A stretch of DNA of 64,000 nucleotides from an uncultured Planctomycetia bacterium (GTDB lineage: Bacteria > Omnitrophota > Gorgyraeia > S143-82). The notes beneath the pieces were generated by a model. It was given only the letters and a program-made list of their open reading frames with translations, ran no database searches and was not told the DNA's origin. The DNA lies in the NCBI GenBank assembly GCA_964469495.1, contig CAYXYY010000011.1, positions 30,845 to 94,844 of the forward strand, written 5' to 3'. The stretch's first letter is position 1. The number at the start of each line of letters is the position of its first letter. Shown piece by piece: positions 1 to 9,635 of the stretch. The translations under genes and the position numbers were made by a program.

Positions 1-592
1 GTGTATTGCAAGAGAACAGACTAATGGATATGGCAGGCGCGGGGATAGGTGGGTATCTGGCGCAGGCGGATTATATTTTTCTGTGTATGTGCCGGATGTA
101 AAGATAGAAGGGTTGTCCATAAGGGTTGCCTGCGCAGTGGCAAAGGCAATAGAGGAGATTTTACAGGACAGAGTCCTGCTCAAGTGGCCAAACGATATAT
201 TTTTTTTAGAAAAGAAACTGGCAGGCATTATTATAGAGATAGTTGATAAAGATGCGATAATCGGCGTTGGGGTAAACGTTAATAATAATGTCAGTGATGT
301 TGGCCAGCCTGCTGTTTCTCTGGCTGAACTTGGAATTGAAATAACACCTGATAGATTGTTTTACAGTATATTAAAGGCCATTGTTGATTTGCCGAACATA
401 AACAAGGCCGTTGATTTCTATAATAGCAGGTTATTTGGAAAGGGGCGTCTCGTGGAGATTACAGGGCATAACGGCGAGCTGATTAAGGGCAGAATAGAAG
501 GCATAACTAGTCCAGGGGCGCTGTTAGTTGGGGGCAGGCAGGTTTTGAGCGGAAGGATTGTTGGCTGGCATGATACGAGTAATACTCTCTGA
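1..592 (+). CDS. birA: Biotin--[acetyl-CoA-carboxylase] ligase BirA, 5'-truncated by the window edge. The frame-2 reading continues upstream of the listed Met at 83.
   Basis: Frame-2 translation from nt 2 gives ...QTNGYGRRGDRWVS..., matching the BirA GRGRRGRxW adenylate-binding motif. The KWPNDIFF (KWPNDL-like) motif lies downstream. The ORF ends at 592. Confidence 0.85.
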   Translation, partial: CIAREQTNGYGRRGDRWVSGAGGLYFSVYVPDVKIEGLSIRVACAVAKAIEEILQDRVLLKWPNDIFFLEKKLAGIIIEIVDKDAIIGVGVNVNNNVSDVGQPAVSLAELGIEITPDRLFYSILKAIVDLPNINKAVDFYNSRLFGKGRLVEITGHNGELIKGRIEGITSPGALLVGGRQVLSGRIVGWHDTSNTL

Positions 593-1334
593 TTTAGATA
601 AGATAGAAGAGGGACGGATTGTTATTCGTGAAACAAAGGCCTTAAGGCACTTGCGCGTATTGCGCGCAAGACAAGGAGAGGCCTGTGAAGTGTTAAACAC
701 ACAGGGCAAGACGTGGAGCTGTTATATAGAAAAGATAGATGATAAAAATGCGGTTTTGTTGATAAACAGCGTCTTGGAACAACAGAGAAAGGCACCTGAA
801 ATCGTGATCTGCGCATCATTAGTTCCGAGTAAAAAGTTTGATGTAATTGTGGAAAAAACAGCAGAATTTGGTATAGACGGGATCTTGCCACTTGTTGCAG
901 ACAGGTCTATTGTAAGGGCTGTTGACGAAAAGCGTTATAGACGTTGGGATAAGATATGCAAAGAAACCTTAAAGCAGTGCGGGGCGCCTTTTTTGCCAAG
1001 GATATATCCTGCAAAAAGTGTTTCCGATGCAGTGGATTTTTTGATAGATAATGGTTTTGACATATATGTGTTTGCCTTGAAATTTAAAAACAAGATGCAC
1101 GTTATAGACGCATTAAAGGCGTCAAAACCAAGTGAAAAAATGGCCTTTTTTGTTGGCCCGGAAGGCGATTTTACCGATAGCGAGATAGACTATATGTTGA
1201 GGTTTAACGCGCAGGCCGCTTCATTGGGCGATAATGTGTTGAGAGTAGAGACTGCCTGCGCTTACGTGTGCGGTATAGGCGCTTATATTAAGGAGGCAAA
1301 AAGTGGCAAGTTCAACCATACTCATAGCGAGTAA
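570..1334 (+). CDS. rsmE: 16S rRNA (uracil1498-N3)-methyltransferase RsmE (SPOUT family)
   Basis: Translation MIRVILSDL...ASLVPSKKFDVIVEKTAEFGIDGILPL... has RsmE-like PUA and SPOUT segments. The ATG at 570 is preferred over the TTG at 558. Confidence 0.8.
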   Translation: MIRVILSDLDKIEEGRIVIRETKALRHLRVLRARQGEACEVLNTQGKTWSCYIEKIDDKNAVLLINSVLEQQRKAPEIVICASLVPSKKFDVIVEKTAEFGIDGILPLVADRSIVRAVDEKRYRRWDKICKETLKQCGAPFLPRIYPAKSVSDAVDFLIDNGFDIYVFALKFKNKMHVIDALKASKPSEKMAFFVGPEGDFTDSEIDYMLRFNAQAASLGDNVLRVETACAYVCGIGAYIKEAKSGKFNHTHSE

Positions 1335-1896
1335 TAATAAGAAAAAATTAAAGGAGCTGAAAGAAATACTTGGCAGAGAGTTTTCCGTGGTATCTTTAAA
1401 AGAGGCAGGTATTGAGGTTGACGTTGTTGAGGATGCAGGCACGTTTGCCGGCAATGCTATGAAAAAGGCCGTTGAGATAGCTGATTTGTCCGATATGTTG
1501 ACGTTGGCGGACGATTCCGGGTTATGTGTAAATGCACTAGGTGGAAGGCCGGGTGTTTATTCTGCCAGATATGCCGGGGAAGATAAGAATGATTACAAGA
1601 ATAATACGAAGCTGTTGTCGGATCTGGAAGGCATTGATGAGAGGAGCGCTAAATTCGTATCAGTTATATGTATAGCCTCTGCTGAGGGGGCGTTGGGGCT
1701 TTTTAGAGGAGAGGTGGAAGGCGCTATTTCGCATGAGATGAAAGGCGAAAAGGGATTTGGATATGACCCTATATTCGTGCCAAAGGGCTTTGATATTTCG
1801 TTTGCGCAGATGGACAGCCGTCAGAAAAACGCGATTAGCCACAGAAAGAAGGCCATTGAAAAGGCAGCGGATTTTTTGCGTTCCATGATTCAATGA
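1303..1896 (+). CDS. rdgB: Non-canonical purine NTP pyrophosphatase (RdgB/Ham1 family, dITP/XTP pyrophosphatase)
   Basis: The N-terminus ILIASNNKKKLKEL and FGYDPIF..SFAQM are typical of the Ham1/RdgB family. It is about 197 aa. Confidence 0.85.
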   Translation: MASSTILIASNNKKKLKELKEILGREFSVVSLKEAGIEVDVVEDAGTFAGNAMKKAVEIADLSDMLTLADDSGLCVNALGGRPGVYSARYAGEDKNDYKNNTKLLSDLEGIDERSAKFVSVICIASAEGALGLFRGEVEGAISHEMKGEKGFGYDPIFVPKGFDISFAQMDSRQKNAISHRKKAIEKAADFLRSMIQ

Positions 1897-1923
1897 TAGA
1901 AAAATCGTAAAAAAGGGTATAGA

Positions 1924-4740
1924 ATGGTTTTCAGAAAGGGCGTTTTTATGGGATCTTGTGTGAAAAACGTATTTATACATTCGTTTTGTGTTTTTTTACT
2001 CTTATGTGTTGTTCTGTTTTGCTGTTCGAACGCCTATGCATACGATAGTTTTGATAATCTCAAATACGATATAAAATTTTCTTTTTCTAATACAGGGCAC
2101 TTCATAACGGCAAAAGAAACGATTTCCTTTAATTGTGAAGCGCCTTTGTCTGAGATTCATTTACATTTTTACCCGGCGCATAAATGGTCTGATGAGGAAA
2201 AAGATGCATATGAAAAGTACGGCGGGTATTTTAATATAGATACTCCGTTTCCTGACGGTTTTGACGAAAACAAGGCAGGCGTCAATTTTGTATCTGTAAA
2301 TGGCCGCAGGGCGCAATTTTCCTTAAAAGGCAAGGATCGCACGCTGCTGGTCATTTATCCGGATGCGCCTTTGTCAGGAAGTATTGTGCTGGATATAGAT
2401 TTTGAATTTTATGTGCCCAAGCGAATAGGCCGATTTGGAAGAAACAACGGTGTCTATAGTATTTACAGGGCATATCCGATTTTAGACGTAATGAAAGACG
2501 GAAAGTGGCTTGATTATCCCGATTACTTATTGTATCAGCCTTATGTAAGCCAATCGGCATTGTACGACGTGGCGATTGAGCTCCCAGAGTCCTTTGTGCT
2601 GGCGGCTAGCGGACAGGCCGTTGCATCTGAAAAAAGGCGCGGCAGTGTTTTATACAAGATATCTTCCGATAAACCCTTAAGGGATTTTTCTTTCTTTTTC
2701 AGCAAAAAATACCGTGTCTATACCAAGAACGTTGATGGTATAGATATTAAGGTCTATTATCTGCCTTCTGCCCCTTTTGATGCCGTGATGAATATATCAA
2801 AGTTTATAGAGGATGAGCTGATGTTTTATAAGGGGTATGGGTTTGAGTATCCGTATGGGCAAATATCCGTTGTGCCTGTTTATTTAGGTTATGGAGGCAA
2901 TGAGACCTCAAACGTCGTTATGCTTGACCGCAGGGTCCTTTTTATACCGAATGTTGCCAAGAGATATCAGGAGTTTTTGGCAGTGCATGAATTTGGCCAT
3001 CAGTTTTGGTTTAATCAGGTGGGTTCCGACGAATATGCAGAGCCGTTTGTTGATGAGGCCGTAAACTCCTATTTTGTGCAAAAATATCTTGAAGAGAAGT
3101 ATGGACACAACTGCAATGTCCTGACTTGGCCATGGCCATTGGATTTGTTTATGCCGAATTTTACCTTTCTCAACGGGACAACAGTAAGGTATAGATATCT
3201 TGCAAGGCGGGGAATAGATCTTCCTGTTTTGATGCAGGCCAATAAGATGAATGAACCCGATATGATTTTTGCGTTTGCATATGGAAAAGGTGAGGCCTTA
3301 TTCGAGACGATGGAACACAGCATAGGCAAAAAGGCGACGATGTCTATCTTTAAAGACTACTTTAAAAGATATAGATTTGCAATAGCAGATGTTAACGCAT
3401 TAGAAGATGTTTTCTCCCGGCATTTGGATAACATGAAACTTGATGCCAGTGATAGATTTGCCTCAGTGTTGAGGGATAAAGGAATTGATTTTTATGCCAA
3501 GAAGACAAGAAACGGATTTCGAATATTGGAAAGATCAGAGACACTTGAACGGGTAAAGGTGCGATATCGTTTAAACAGGCAGTGGCTTATGACAGATGTG
3601 AAAAGCGGAGATGTCTTGCATGCCGATAAGATTGTTATAGACCCGGATGATGAAGTCTTAGAAACGGACGAGGCAAACAATGTGTATCCTGTTTATGATA
3701 ATGTCGATTTTAAGCTAAAACCGTTGAACCTGCCTTTTTATTCAATGGATATCTTTAATACACAAAAGAGATTGACTGCTGACGTGGGATTTAATCTTTC
3801 AGAATTTGGCCCCGGGGTGCGGTTTAATTTGCACTATCCTTTTGTATATGATCTTGCATTAGGAGGGTATATAGATACTGCGCAGGATGAGAGGTCTATA
3901 ACCTCATCTTTTAGATTGCACGGGATTGACGAGACTTTGTGGGAAATGGCCTTGGAATATGCCTATAGGGATGATTATTCAGAGTATGACGAAAACAGTG
4001 AGGAGATAAGATTGTCTTTTTCTCTGCCTTTGCAGGCTCCCAGTTTTAGGCTCGGAAAAACAGACGATTTCTTTGAGTTATATATGGCGAAAAACAGAGA
4101 ATGGTTTTCCCAGATAGATGGTATGTTCGATAAGGTGGTTTCAAGTGTTTATTACGATGTCCAAGATCTGTTCTATGTTGGGTTTGGTATCCAGCGGTCT
4201 GTGGCAGAGGACTTTCTTATAAGGGCGTACTATGAATCAGGATTTGATAAACTAGGGGCGGATTTTTCATTCAATAGACTGTATTGCGAATCCATATACG
4301 GGTTTAAGTATAGGGATCTTGATTTCTCTGCGCGCGTTGGTTTGGGCCTATCTGATGCGGATAACAAACCCATGTTTTTTGCGGGAGGCAGCAATGGATT
4401 GCGGGCATATCGCAGAAAGGCAATAAGGGGAGGGAATCTGGCCTTGTTTTCAGTGCAGGCCTTCAAAAATATTTATGAAGCGGATGATAGTCTTGCGAGG
4501 CAAAACGGATATGTATCTGTTTCACACATAAAAACAGGCGTGTTTTTTGACGTTGGCAAGGTGTGGCAGGATTCCATGTCAGAAAACAGGTGGAAGAAGG
4601 ATATTGGTATCGGATTTAGGGTAGGCCTTAATTTCGGCGCATTGGCATCAAGCGCGGATTTGCGTCTGGATTTTGCCAATTCCATTGGTGAAGATGACGA
4701 TGAGTCCCGTATTGTCATTGGTTTTGGAAGCCGTTTTTAG
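1924..4740 (+). CDS. Secreted M1-like (gluzincin) zinc metallopeptidase domain fused to a C-terminal outer-membrane beta-barrel, giving a type-V/autotransporter-like architecture
   Basis: An N-terminal signal peptide is present. HEFGHQ...(19 aa)...E has HEXXH-X18/19-E spacing like M1 aminopeptidases. The C-terminal ~350 aa are rich in alternating aromatic/hydrophobic residues and end ...RIVIGFGSRF. A terminal Phe is the OMP beta-barrel signature. Confidence 0.6.
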   Translation: MVFRKGVFMGSCVKNVFIHSFCVFLLLCVVLFCCSNAYAYDSFDNLKYDIKFSFSNTGHFITAKETISFNCEAPLSEIHLHFYPAHKWSDEEKDAYEKYGGYFNIDTPFPDGFDENKAGVNFVSVNGRRAQFSLKGKDRTLLVIYPDAPLSGSIVLDIDFEFYVPKRIGRFGRNNGVYSIYRAYPILDVMKDGKWLDYPDYLLYQPYVSQSALYDVAIELPESFVLAASGQAVASEKRRGSVLYKISSDKPLRDFSFFFSKKYRVYTKNVDGIDIKVYYLPSAPFDAVMNISKFIEDELMFYKGYGFEYPYGQISVVPVYLGYGGNETSNVVMLDRRVLFIPNVAKRYQEFLAVHEFGHQFWFNQVGSDEYAEPFVDEAVNSYFVQKYLEEKYGHNCNVLTWPWPLDLFMPNFTFLNGTTVRYRYLARRGIDLPVLMQANKMNEPDMIFAFAYGKGEALFETMEHSIGKKATMSIFKDYFKRYRFAIADVNALEDVFSRHLDNMKLDASDRFASVLRDKGIDFYAKKTRNGFRILERSETLERVKVRYRLNRQWLMTDVKSGDVLHADKIVIDPDDEVLETDEANNVYPVYDNVDFKLKPLNLPFYSMDIFNTQKRLTADVGFNLSEFGPGVRFNLHYPFVYDLALGGYIDTAQDERSITSSFRLHGIDETLWEMALEYAYRDDYSEYDENSEEIRLSFSLPLQAPSFRLGKTDDFFELYMAKNREWFSQIDGMFDKVVSSVYYDVQDLFYVGFGIQRSVAEDFLIRAYYESGFDKLGADFSFNRLYCESIYGFKYRDLDFSARVGLGLSDADNKPMFFAGGSNGLRAYRRKAIRGGNLALFSVQAFKNIYEADDSLARQNGYVSVSHIKTGVFFDVGKVWQDSMSENRWKKDIGIGFRVGLNFGALASSADLRLDFANSIGEDDDESRIVIGFGSRF

Positions 4741-4745
4741 ATCAG

Positions 4746-5480
4746 ATGAATGTATGTATTGGAACAAGCGGGTATGCTTATAAGGATTGGCTCGGTGTAT
4801 TCTATCCTGATTTTCTAAAGCCGCGCGAGTTTTTTGATTATTATTGTCAAAAGTTTACTGCAATAGAGATAAATTATACGTTTTACAGGGCCCCTTCTGA
4901 TAAATTAATTCGTTTTTTGGACCTGCACAGCCCTGAAAATTTTTGTTTTTCGTTTAAGGGGCCGCGGTATATAACCCACATCAAAAGGCTTAAGGTCGAT
5001 ACTGACTCTATAAATCGGTTTTTAGACCCTGTTTTAAAATTGGACAGAAAAATTAAGTGCATTTTGTGGCAATTGCCGCCATCTTTCAAAAAGGACTTAA
5101 GCGTTTTAAGGTCGTTTTTGGAGTTAATGTCCGGAAATTTAACAAATAGTGATATCTATAATGTCTTTGAATTTAGAAATGAAATGTGGTTTGACGATGA
5201 GGTTTATAAGATGCTGCAGGAATATAACTCTATATTGTGCTGGTATGACGGGCCTGCGGGGAAAATGCCAAAGGCGCCAATTGTTTCTCTGTGCCCTGTT
5301 GTATATGTGAGATTCCATGGATTAAAAGAGATTTATAAGGGGCGTTATCCTAAAGCTATTTTGCGTAAGTGGAAACAGGCCGTAATGGATTCTAATCCGA
5401 GAACGTGTTTTGCCTTTTTTAATAATGATTATCACGGAGACGGCGCTCTGGATGCCCTTGCATTTAAGGAGATGTTTTGA
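4746..5480 (+). CDS. DUF72 family protein (YecE-like)
   Basis: The N-terminus IGTSGYAYKDWLGVFYP matches the DUF72 signature (GTSGW..W...FYP). It is about 244 aa. Confidence 0.7.
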   Translation: MNVCIGTSGYAYKDWLGVFYPDFLKPREFFDYYCQKFTAIEINYTFYRAPSDKLIRFLDLHSPENFCFSFKGPRYITHIKRLKVDTDSINRFLDPVLKLDRKIKCILWQLPPSFKKDLSVLRSFLELMSGNLTNSDIYNVFEFRNEMWFDDEVYKMLQEYNSILCWYDGPAGKMPKAPIVSLCPVVYVRFHGLKEIYKGRYPKAILRKWKQAVMDSNPRTCFAFFNNDYHGDGALDALAFKEMF

Positions 5481-6133
5481 ATTATACAGTTATATATTCA
5501 AAACGAAGGACAATAGGCATGGAAATCAAGGACAATGGGGACTTGGTGATTAGGGCCCCATATAAGACTAAAAAAGGATATATTGAAGAGCTTGTTTTAA
5601 GGAACAGACTTTGGATAGAGAAAAAGAGAAAAGAGGTATTAAACAGGATTAGGTCCCGCCCGCCATTTTGTCAAAGAGAGGCATTGCCCTTTTTGGGAAG
5701 AGACTATCCTCTGGTGTTTAACTCAATGTCCAAAGGGGTGTATCTGTCCAATGATAAGGGTTTTATTCTGCCGAAAATAAGATGTGATGAACTGTATGAC
5801 TGCGTGAAGAAATGGTATATAGAACAGGCGAGAGAGCTTTTTTATTTCAGATGCAGATATTACATGATAAAATTTAACGCTAGATTCTTTTTCCGAATTA
5901 GCAATGCAAAAACATTGTGGGGTTCGTGCTCTTCAAAAAGCGTAATTAGTCTGGTGTGGAGATTAGTGATGGCCCCGCTTGATGTTATAGATTATGTTAT
6001 AGCGCATGAGATAGCCCATCTGAGATATAAAAGTCATTCCAAGTTATTTTGGAAGAGACTCGAGTCTATTTATCCCAATTACAGGGAAATGGACAGGTGG
6101 TTAAGAGATAAAGGTGGAGGGCTTTATTTATAA
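5477..6133 (+). CDS. YgjP-like metal-dependent hydrolase (DUF45 / M48-like, HExxH)
   Basis: A HEIAHL zinc motif lies near the C-terminus, preceded by ...WGSCS.... The length and layout fit the YgjP/DUF45 family. Confidence 0.7.
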   Translation: MNYTVIYSKRRTIGMEIKDNGDLVIRAPYKTKKGYIEELVLRNRLWIEKKRKEVLNRIRSRPPFCQREALPFLGRDYPLVFNSMSKGVYLSNDKGFILPKIRCDELYDCVKKWYIEQARELFYFRCRYYMIKFNARFFFRISNAKTLWGSCSSKSVISLVWRLVMAPLDVIDYVIAHEIAHLRYKSHSKLFWKRLESIYPNYREMDRWLRDKGGGLYL

Positions 6134-6295
6134 TTATAAAGGATGGCCGATGCGTTTATTTCGCGTTCTCTCTATCCATGGATAATTAGCCTTGCCAAAT
6201 ATATTTTGTTGTACGTGAATTTGTTCTCATGCAGTACGGTGGCTCATCTGGCGGCGGAGGACGGCAATTAATCAATTTATTTGACTATATTCATC

Positions 6296-6325
6296 AAAAA
6301 AGTTAACAAAAATAATTAACTTTTT
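6296..6325. promoter_or_regulatory. Perfect 10-bp inverted repeat AAAAAGTTAA-N9-TTAACTTTTT centred about 27 bp upstream of the hspR -35 box. It is a candidate regulator-binding site, or a weak bidirectional hairpin ending the ygjP-like gene.
   Basis: Read directly in the sequence. The arms at 6297-6306 and 6316-6325 are exact reverse complements. Confidence 0.4.
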
Positions 6326-6336
6326 GAATTTTTTGC

Positions 6337-6364
6337 TTGACAGGCAGGTGTTTTTGAGTAAAAT
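6337..6364 (+). promoter_or_regulatory. Sigma70-like promoter of the hspR-clpB...dnaJ operon: TTGACA (6337-6342), a 16-bp spacer, TAAAAT (6359-6364)
   Basis: The hexamers match consensus and the next gene starts at 6409. Confidence 0.6.
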
Positions 6365-6365
6365 A

Positions 6366-6392
6366 TTAGCAGAAAGAGTTTGAGAGTGCTAT
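6366..6392 (+). promoter_or_regulatory. Degenerate CIRCE-like element (HrcA operator geometry 9-N9-9): TTAGCAgaa-agagtttga-GAGTGCTAt
   Basis: The CIRCE consensus is TTAGCACTC-N9-GAGTGCTAA. The left arm matches 6/9 and the right arm 8/9 with exact 9-nt spacing. It sits immediately downstream of the -10 box. Confidence 0.45.
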
Positions 6393-6408
6393 TTTGAGGT
6401 GAGGTGAT

Positions 6409-6699
6409 ATGCGAAGAAAGCGATATCCTGTGTTGGAGCAGATAGATCCCGACGCACCGGTGTATGTGATTAGTGTGGTTAGCAGTATGGTTGGTCTGCC
6501 CCAGTGGACGTTAAGGGCATTGGATAGAGAAGGGATTGTATGCGCAAAGAGGAGCAATGGTTCTAATGGCAGGAGGGTGTATTGTTTTAAAGATATAAAG
6601 AAACTGGAATACGTGCGTTACCTTATGCAGGAAAGAGGGGTTAACCTTGAAGGCATAAAGGTAATTTTAGAGATAAAGGAGGATGATAGCAATGCTTAA
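6409..6699 (+). CDS. hspR: MerR-family heat-shock repressor HspR
   Basis: A 96-aa MerR-type HTH protein ([26 protein letters not shown]) sits directly upstream of and overlapping clpB. That is the classical HspR context. Confidence 0.75.
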   Translation: MRRKRYPVLEQIDPDAPVYVISVVSSMVGLPQWTLRALDREGIVCAKRSNGSNGRRVYCFKDIKKLEYVRYLMQERGVNLEGIKVILEIKEDDSNA

Positions 6700-9289
6700 T
6701 ATGGATAAATTTACTATAAAGGCCCAAGAGGCTATTCAATCTGCTTTGCAGCAGGCCCAATCCAAAGGCCATCAGGAATTGGGTGTGGAGCATCTTGCTC
6801 TTGCCCTGCTTACTCAGGAAGAGGGGATCGTGCCTGCTGTGCTTTCTAAGATGGGGATTTCTGTGAAACCTGTTGTTGCTGATGTTGATGCCCTGCTTGA
6901 GAAAAGGCCGCAGGTTCAAGGTACCGGCGGCAATGTTTATATGTCCGGTGAACTTAATACCGTGCTTGCGGATTGTGAAAAACAAGCGGCTCAATTAAAG
7001 GATTCTTATATAAGCACAGAACATTTGTTTTTGTCTTTGCTTAATTTGCCTGTTTCAAGCGGGCTTGTAAATGCATTTGCAAAGTATGGACTAAACAAAG
7101 ATGCCTTTTTAAAGGCATTGATGGATTTGCGTGGCGGGCAGAACGTATCCGACCAGAATCCTGAAGATAAGTTTGATGCTTTATCAAAATATGGCAGGGA
7201 CCTGACTGCATTGGCAAGGGCAGGCAAATTGGATCCTGTTATAGGCCGTGATGAGGAGATAAGGCGTGTGATACAGGTCTTATCCAGAAGGACAAAGAAT
7301 AATCCGGTATTGATAGGAGAACCCGGTGTTGGTAAGACGGCAATTGTGGAAGGTATTGCCCGCAGGATTGTTTCAGGAGATGTGCCAGAGGGGCTTAAAA
7401 ATAAGCGGTTAATCGCACTTGATATAGGTTCATTATTGGCTGGCGCAAAATACAGAGGTGAATTCGAGGACAGATTAAAGGCGGTATTAAAGGAGATAGA
7501 ATCCAAGGAAGGCCAAATTATACTTTTTATTGATGAAATACATACCCTTGTTGGCGCAGGGAAGGCCGATGGCGCTATAGATGCCGCCAATATGTTGAAG
7601 CCGGCTTTAGCAAGAGGAACTTTGCGTTGTATAGGCGCTACTACTTTGGATGAATATAGAAAGTATATAGAAAAGGATGCCGCTCTTGAAAGGCGGTTTC
7701 AACAGGTACTGGTAAAGGAGCCTTCAGTTGAAGATACTATTGCGATCTTAAGGGGATTGAAAGAAAGATATGAGGTGCATCACGGAGTTCGGATAAAGGA
7801 TTCTGCTTTGATTGCCGCGGCTGTGCTTTCTCATAGGTATATATCCGGCAGGTTTTTGCCTGATAAGGCAATAGATTTGATTGATGAGGCGGCTTCTAAA
7901 CTGCGTATAGAAATAGACAGCCGTCCTCAAGAGATTGATGAGCTGGAACGCAGGATCTTGCAGCTTGAAATAGAAAAACAGGCCTTGAAAAAGGAAACGG
8001 ATGCGGCATCAAAGGAGCGTTTGCAGAATATAGAAAAGGAATTGGCCCAGTTGAAAGAGCGTTCCGCCCAGTTGACTGCAAAATGGCAGGCGGAAAAGGC
8101 CATTATTATGGAAATTCGAAAGATAAAGGAAGAAATAGACGTCTTGCGCAATGAAGAGGCCTTGGCGCAAAGACGCGGGGAGCTTGAAAAGGCCGCTGAG
8201 ATTAGGTATGGGAAGATCCCTGCTCTTGAAGAGAAAATGCAACAGCAAAACAAGAGATTAGAGGAGATGAAAGAGAGTGGAAAACTCCTGCTCAAAGAAG
8301 AGGTTGATGATGAGGACATAGCTGCTATTGTTGCAAAGTGGACGGGCATTCCTGTTTCCCGTTTGATGGAAGGAGAAGCAGAGAAATTGGTGCATATGGA
8401 AGACCGCCTTAAACAGCGCATTATAGGCCAAGACGAGGCCGTTGCCCTTATATCATCTGCTATTAGGCGGGCGCGTGCCGGCATATCTGATCCAAACAGG
8501 CCGATAGGCTCTTTCTTGTTTATAGGTCCGACAGGTGTTGGAAAGACGGAGCTTGCCCGGTCTTTGGCAGACTTTTTGTTTAACGACGAGAAAGATATGA
8601 TAAGGATAGATATGTCAGAGTATATGGAAAAACATAGCGTCTCGCGGCTTATAGGAGCGCCTCCCGGTTATGTTGGATACGACGAGGGCGGCCAGCTTAC
8701 AGAACAGGTTCGCAGAAGGCCGTATTCTGTTGTATTGTTTGATGAAATTGAAAAGGCGCATCCTGACGTGTTTAATGTGCTTTTGCAGATAATGGATGAA
8801 GGCCGTTTGACAGATGGACAAGGCCATATAGTCAATTTCAAAAACACGGTTATCATTATGACGTCTAATATAGGCAGTGAGTATTTTAATGAAGATATGC
8901 CTTTGGATAAGGTGAAAGAGAATATACATCGGCAATTACGGTCTCGTTTTAAGCCTGAGTTCTTAAACAGAATAGACGAGATAGTGATATTTAATAAACT
9001 TTCGACGGAAGATATCGTTAAGATAGCCGAAATCCAGTTTGCTTATCTGCAAAAGAGGTTGTCTGATAGGAAGATAACTTTGGTAATAGACGAGGACGTT
9101 AAACGGTATATTGCCGAAGTTGGATATGATGTTAATTATGGGGCAAGGCCGCTGAAACGCGCAGTGCAGAGATTGTTGTCCGACAAACTGGCTTTGCTCA
9201 TTTTAGAGGGAAAGATAAAAGGAGGAGATCTCGTAAAGGCGACGCTTGGCCCTGACAAGGAAATAGAGTTTAGCGTTGAAAAACAATAA
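6683..9289 (+). CDS. clpB: ATP-dependent disaggregase ClpB
   Basis: It has the ClpB N-domain, two AAA+ modules ([13 protein letters not shown]...; [11 protein letters not shown]), a long coiled-coil M-domain, and is about 860 aa. Confidence 0.95.
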   Translation: MIAMLNMDKFTIKAQEAIQSALQQAQSKGHQELGVEHLALALLTQEEGIVPAVLSKMGISVKPVVADVDALLEKRPQVQGTGGNVYMSGELNTVLADCEKQAAQLKDSYISTEHLFLSLLNLPVSSGLVNAFAKYGLNKDAFLKALMDLRGGQNVSDQNPEDKFDALSKYGRDLTALARAGKLDPVIGRDEEIRRVIQVLSRRTKNNPVLIGEPGVGKTAIVEGIARRIVSGDVPEGLKNKRLIALDIGSLLAGAKYRGEFEDRLKAVLKEIESKEGQIILFIDEIHTLVGAGKADGAIDAANMLKPALARGTLRCIGATTLDEYRKYIEKDAALERRFQQVLVKEPSVEDTIAILRGLKERYEVHHGVRIKDSALIAAAVLSHRYISGRFLPDKAIDLIDEAASKLRIEIDSRPQEIDELERRILQLEIEKQALKKETDAASKERLQNIEKELAQLKERSAQLTAKWQAEKAIIMEIRKIKEEIDVLRNEEALAQRRGELEKAAEIRYGKIPALEEKMQQQNKRLEEMKESGKLLLKEEVDDEDIAAIVAKWTGIPVSRLMEGEAEKLVHMEDRLKQRIIGQDEAVALISSAIRRARAGISDPNRPIGSFLFIGPTGVGKTELARSLADFLFNDEKDMIRIDMSEYMEKHSVSRLIGAPPGYVGYDEGGQLTEQVRRRPYSVVLFDEIEKAHPDVFNVLLQIMDEGRLTDGQGHIVNFKNTVIIMTSNIGSEYFNEDMPLDKVKENIHRQLRSRFKPEFLNRIDEIVIFNKLSTEDIVKIAEIQFAYLQKRLSDRKITLVIDEDVKRYIAEVGYDVNYGARPLKRAVQRLLSDKLALLILEGKIKGGDLVKATLGPDKEIEFSVEKQ

Positions 9290-9299
9290 GGAGGCGAAT

Positions 9300-9632
9300 A
9301 TGTTTCAAATGGCGTTTCATTTTAAGGACATAGAATCTGATTGGGAAAACAGGCTCAAGGATATATTTGAAAAGGAAAGAGATGTTGTTATAAAGAAACA
9401 CCTTGGCCGTTTGGCGGATAAAAAGGTTTATTTTCATATAACAGTTGAGAAAAATCCGCATAAAAACGAATATATCGTTGGTATTGCCTTGTATCTGCCT
9501 TCTAAGAGTTTGTATGCCAGACGCAAGAGTAAGGCTGCGGATGTTGCGATGAATGCCGCAATAAATAGCCTTGTCAGGCAAGTGGATAAATACAGAGATA
9601 AGTTTATCCACAAGAAGGGAGCAAGGAGGTAA
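9300..9632 (+). CDS. hpf: Ribosome hibernation-promoting factor / RaiA (YfiA) family protein, short form
   Basis: The segment ...HITVEKNPHKNEYIVGIALYLPSKSLYARRKSKAADVAMNAAINSLVRQVDKYRDK... aligns with the YfiA/HPF pattern. A strong SD (AAGGAGG) lies 5 nt upstream of the ATG at 9300. The listed 9276 start lies inside clpB. Confidence 0.55.
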   Translation: MFQMAFHFKDIESDWENRLKDIFEKERDVVIKKHLGRLADKKVYFHITVEKNPHKNEYIVGIALYLPSKSLYARRKSKAADVAMNAAINSLVRQVDKYRDKFIHKKGARR

Positions 9633-9635
9633 TAG

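Noticed and set aside
6354-6398. HspR operator (HAIR, CTTGAGT-N7-ACTCAAG) upstream of hspR
   Set aside because: Only a single TTGAGT half-site and two further TTTGAG direct repeats are present. There is no inverted partner at the required spacing, so I do not call a HAIR.
7006-8484. Antisense ORFs inside clpB (7006-7590, 7927-8484 and others) and similar antisense ORFs inside dnaK, the giant pilin gene (24574-25776), the RND gene and other long genes
   Set aside because: They lie entirely within high-confidence genes on the opposite strand and have low-complexity, Ser/Cys/Ile-rich translations with no motifs. They are typical shadow ORFs.
9276-9299. Upstream start (9276) for the HPF-like gene
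   Set aside because: It lies within the clpB 3' end. A strong SD is positioned for the ATG at 9300.
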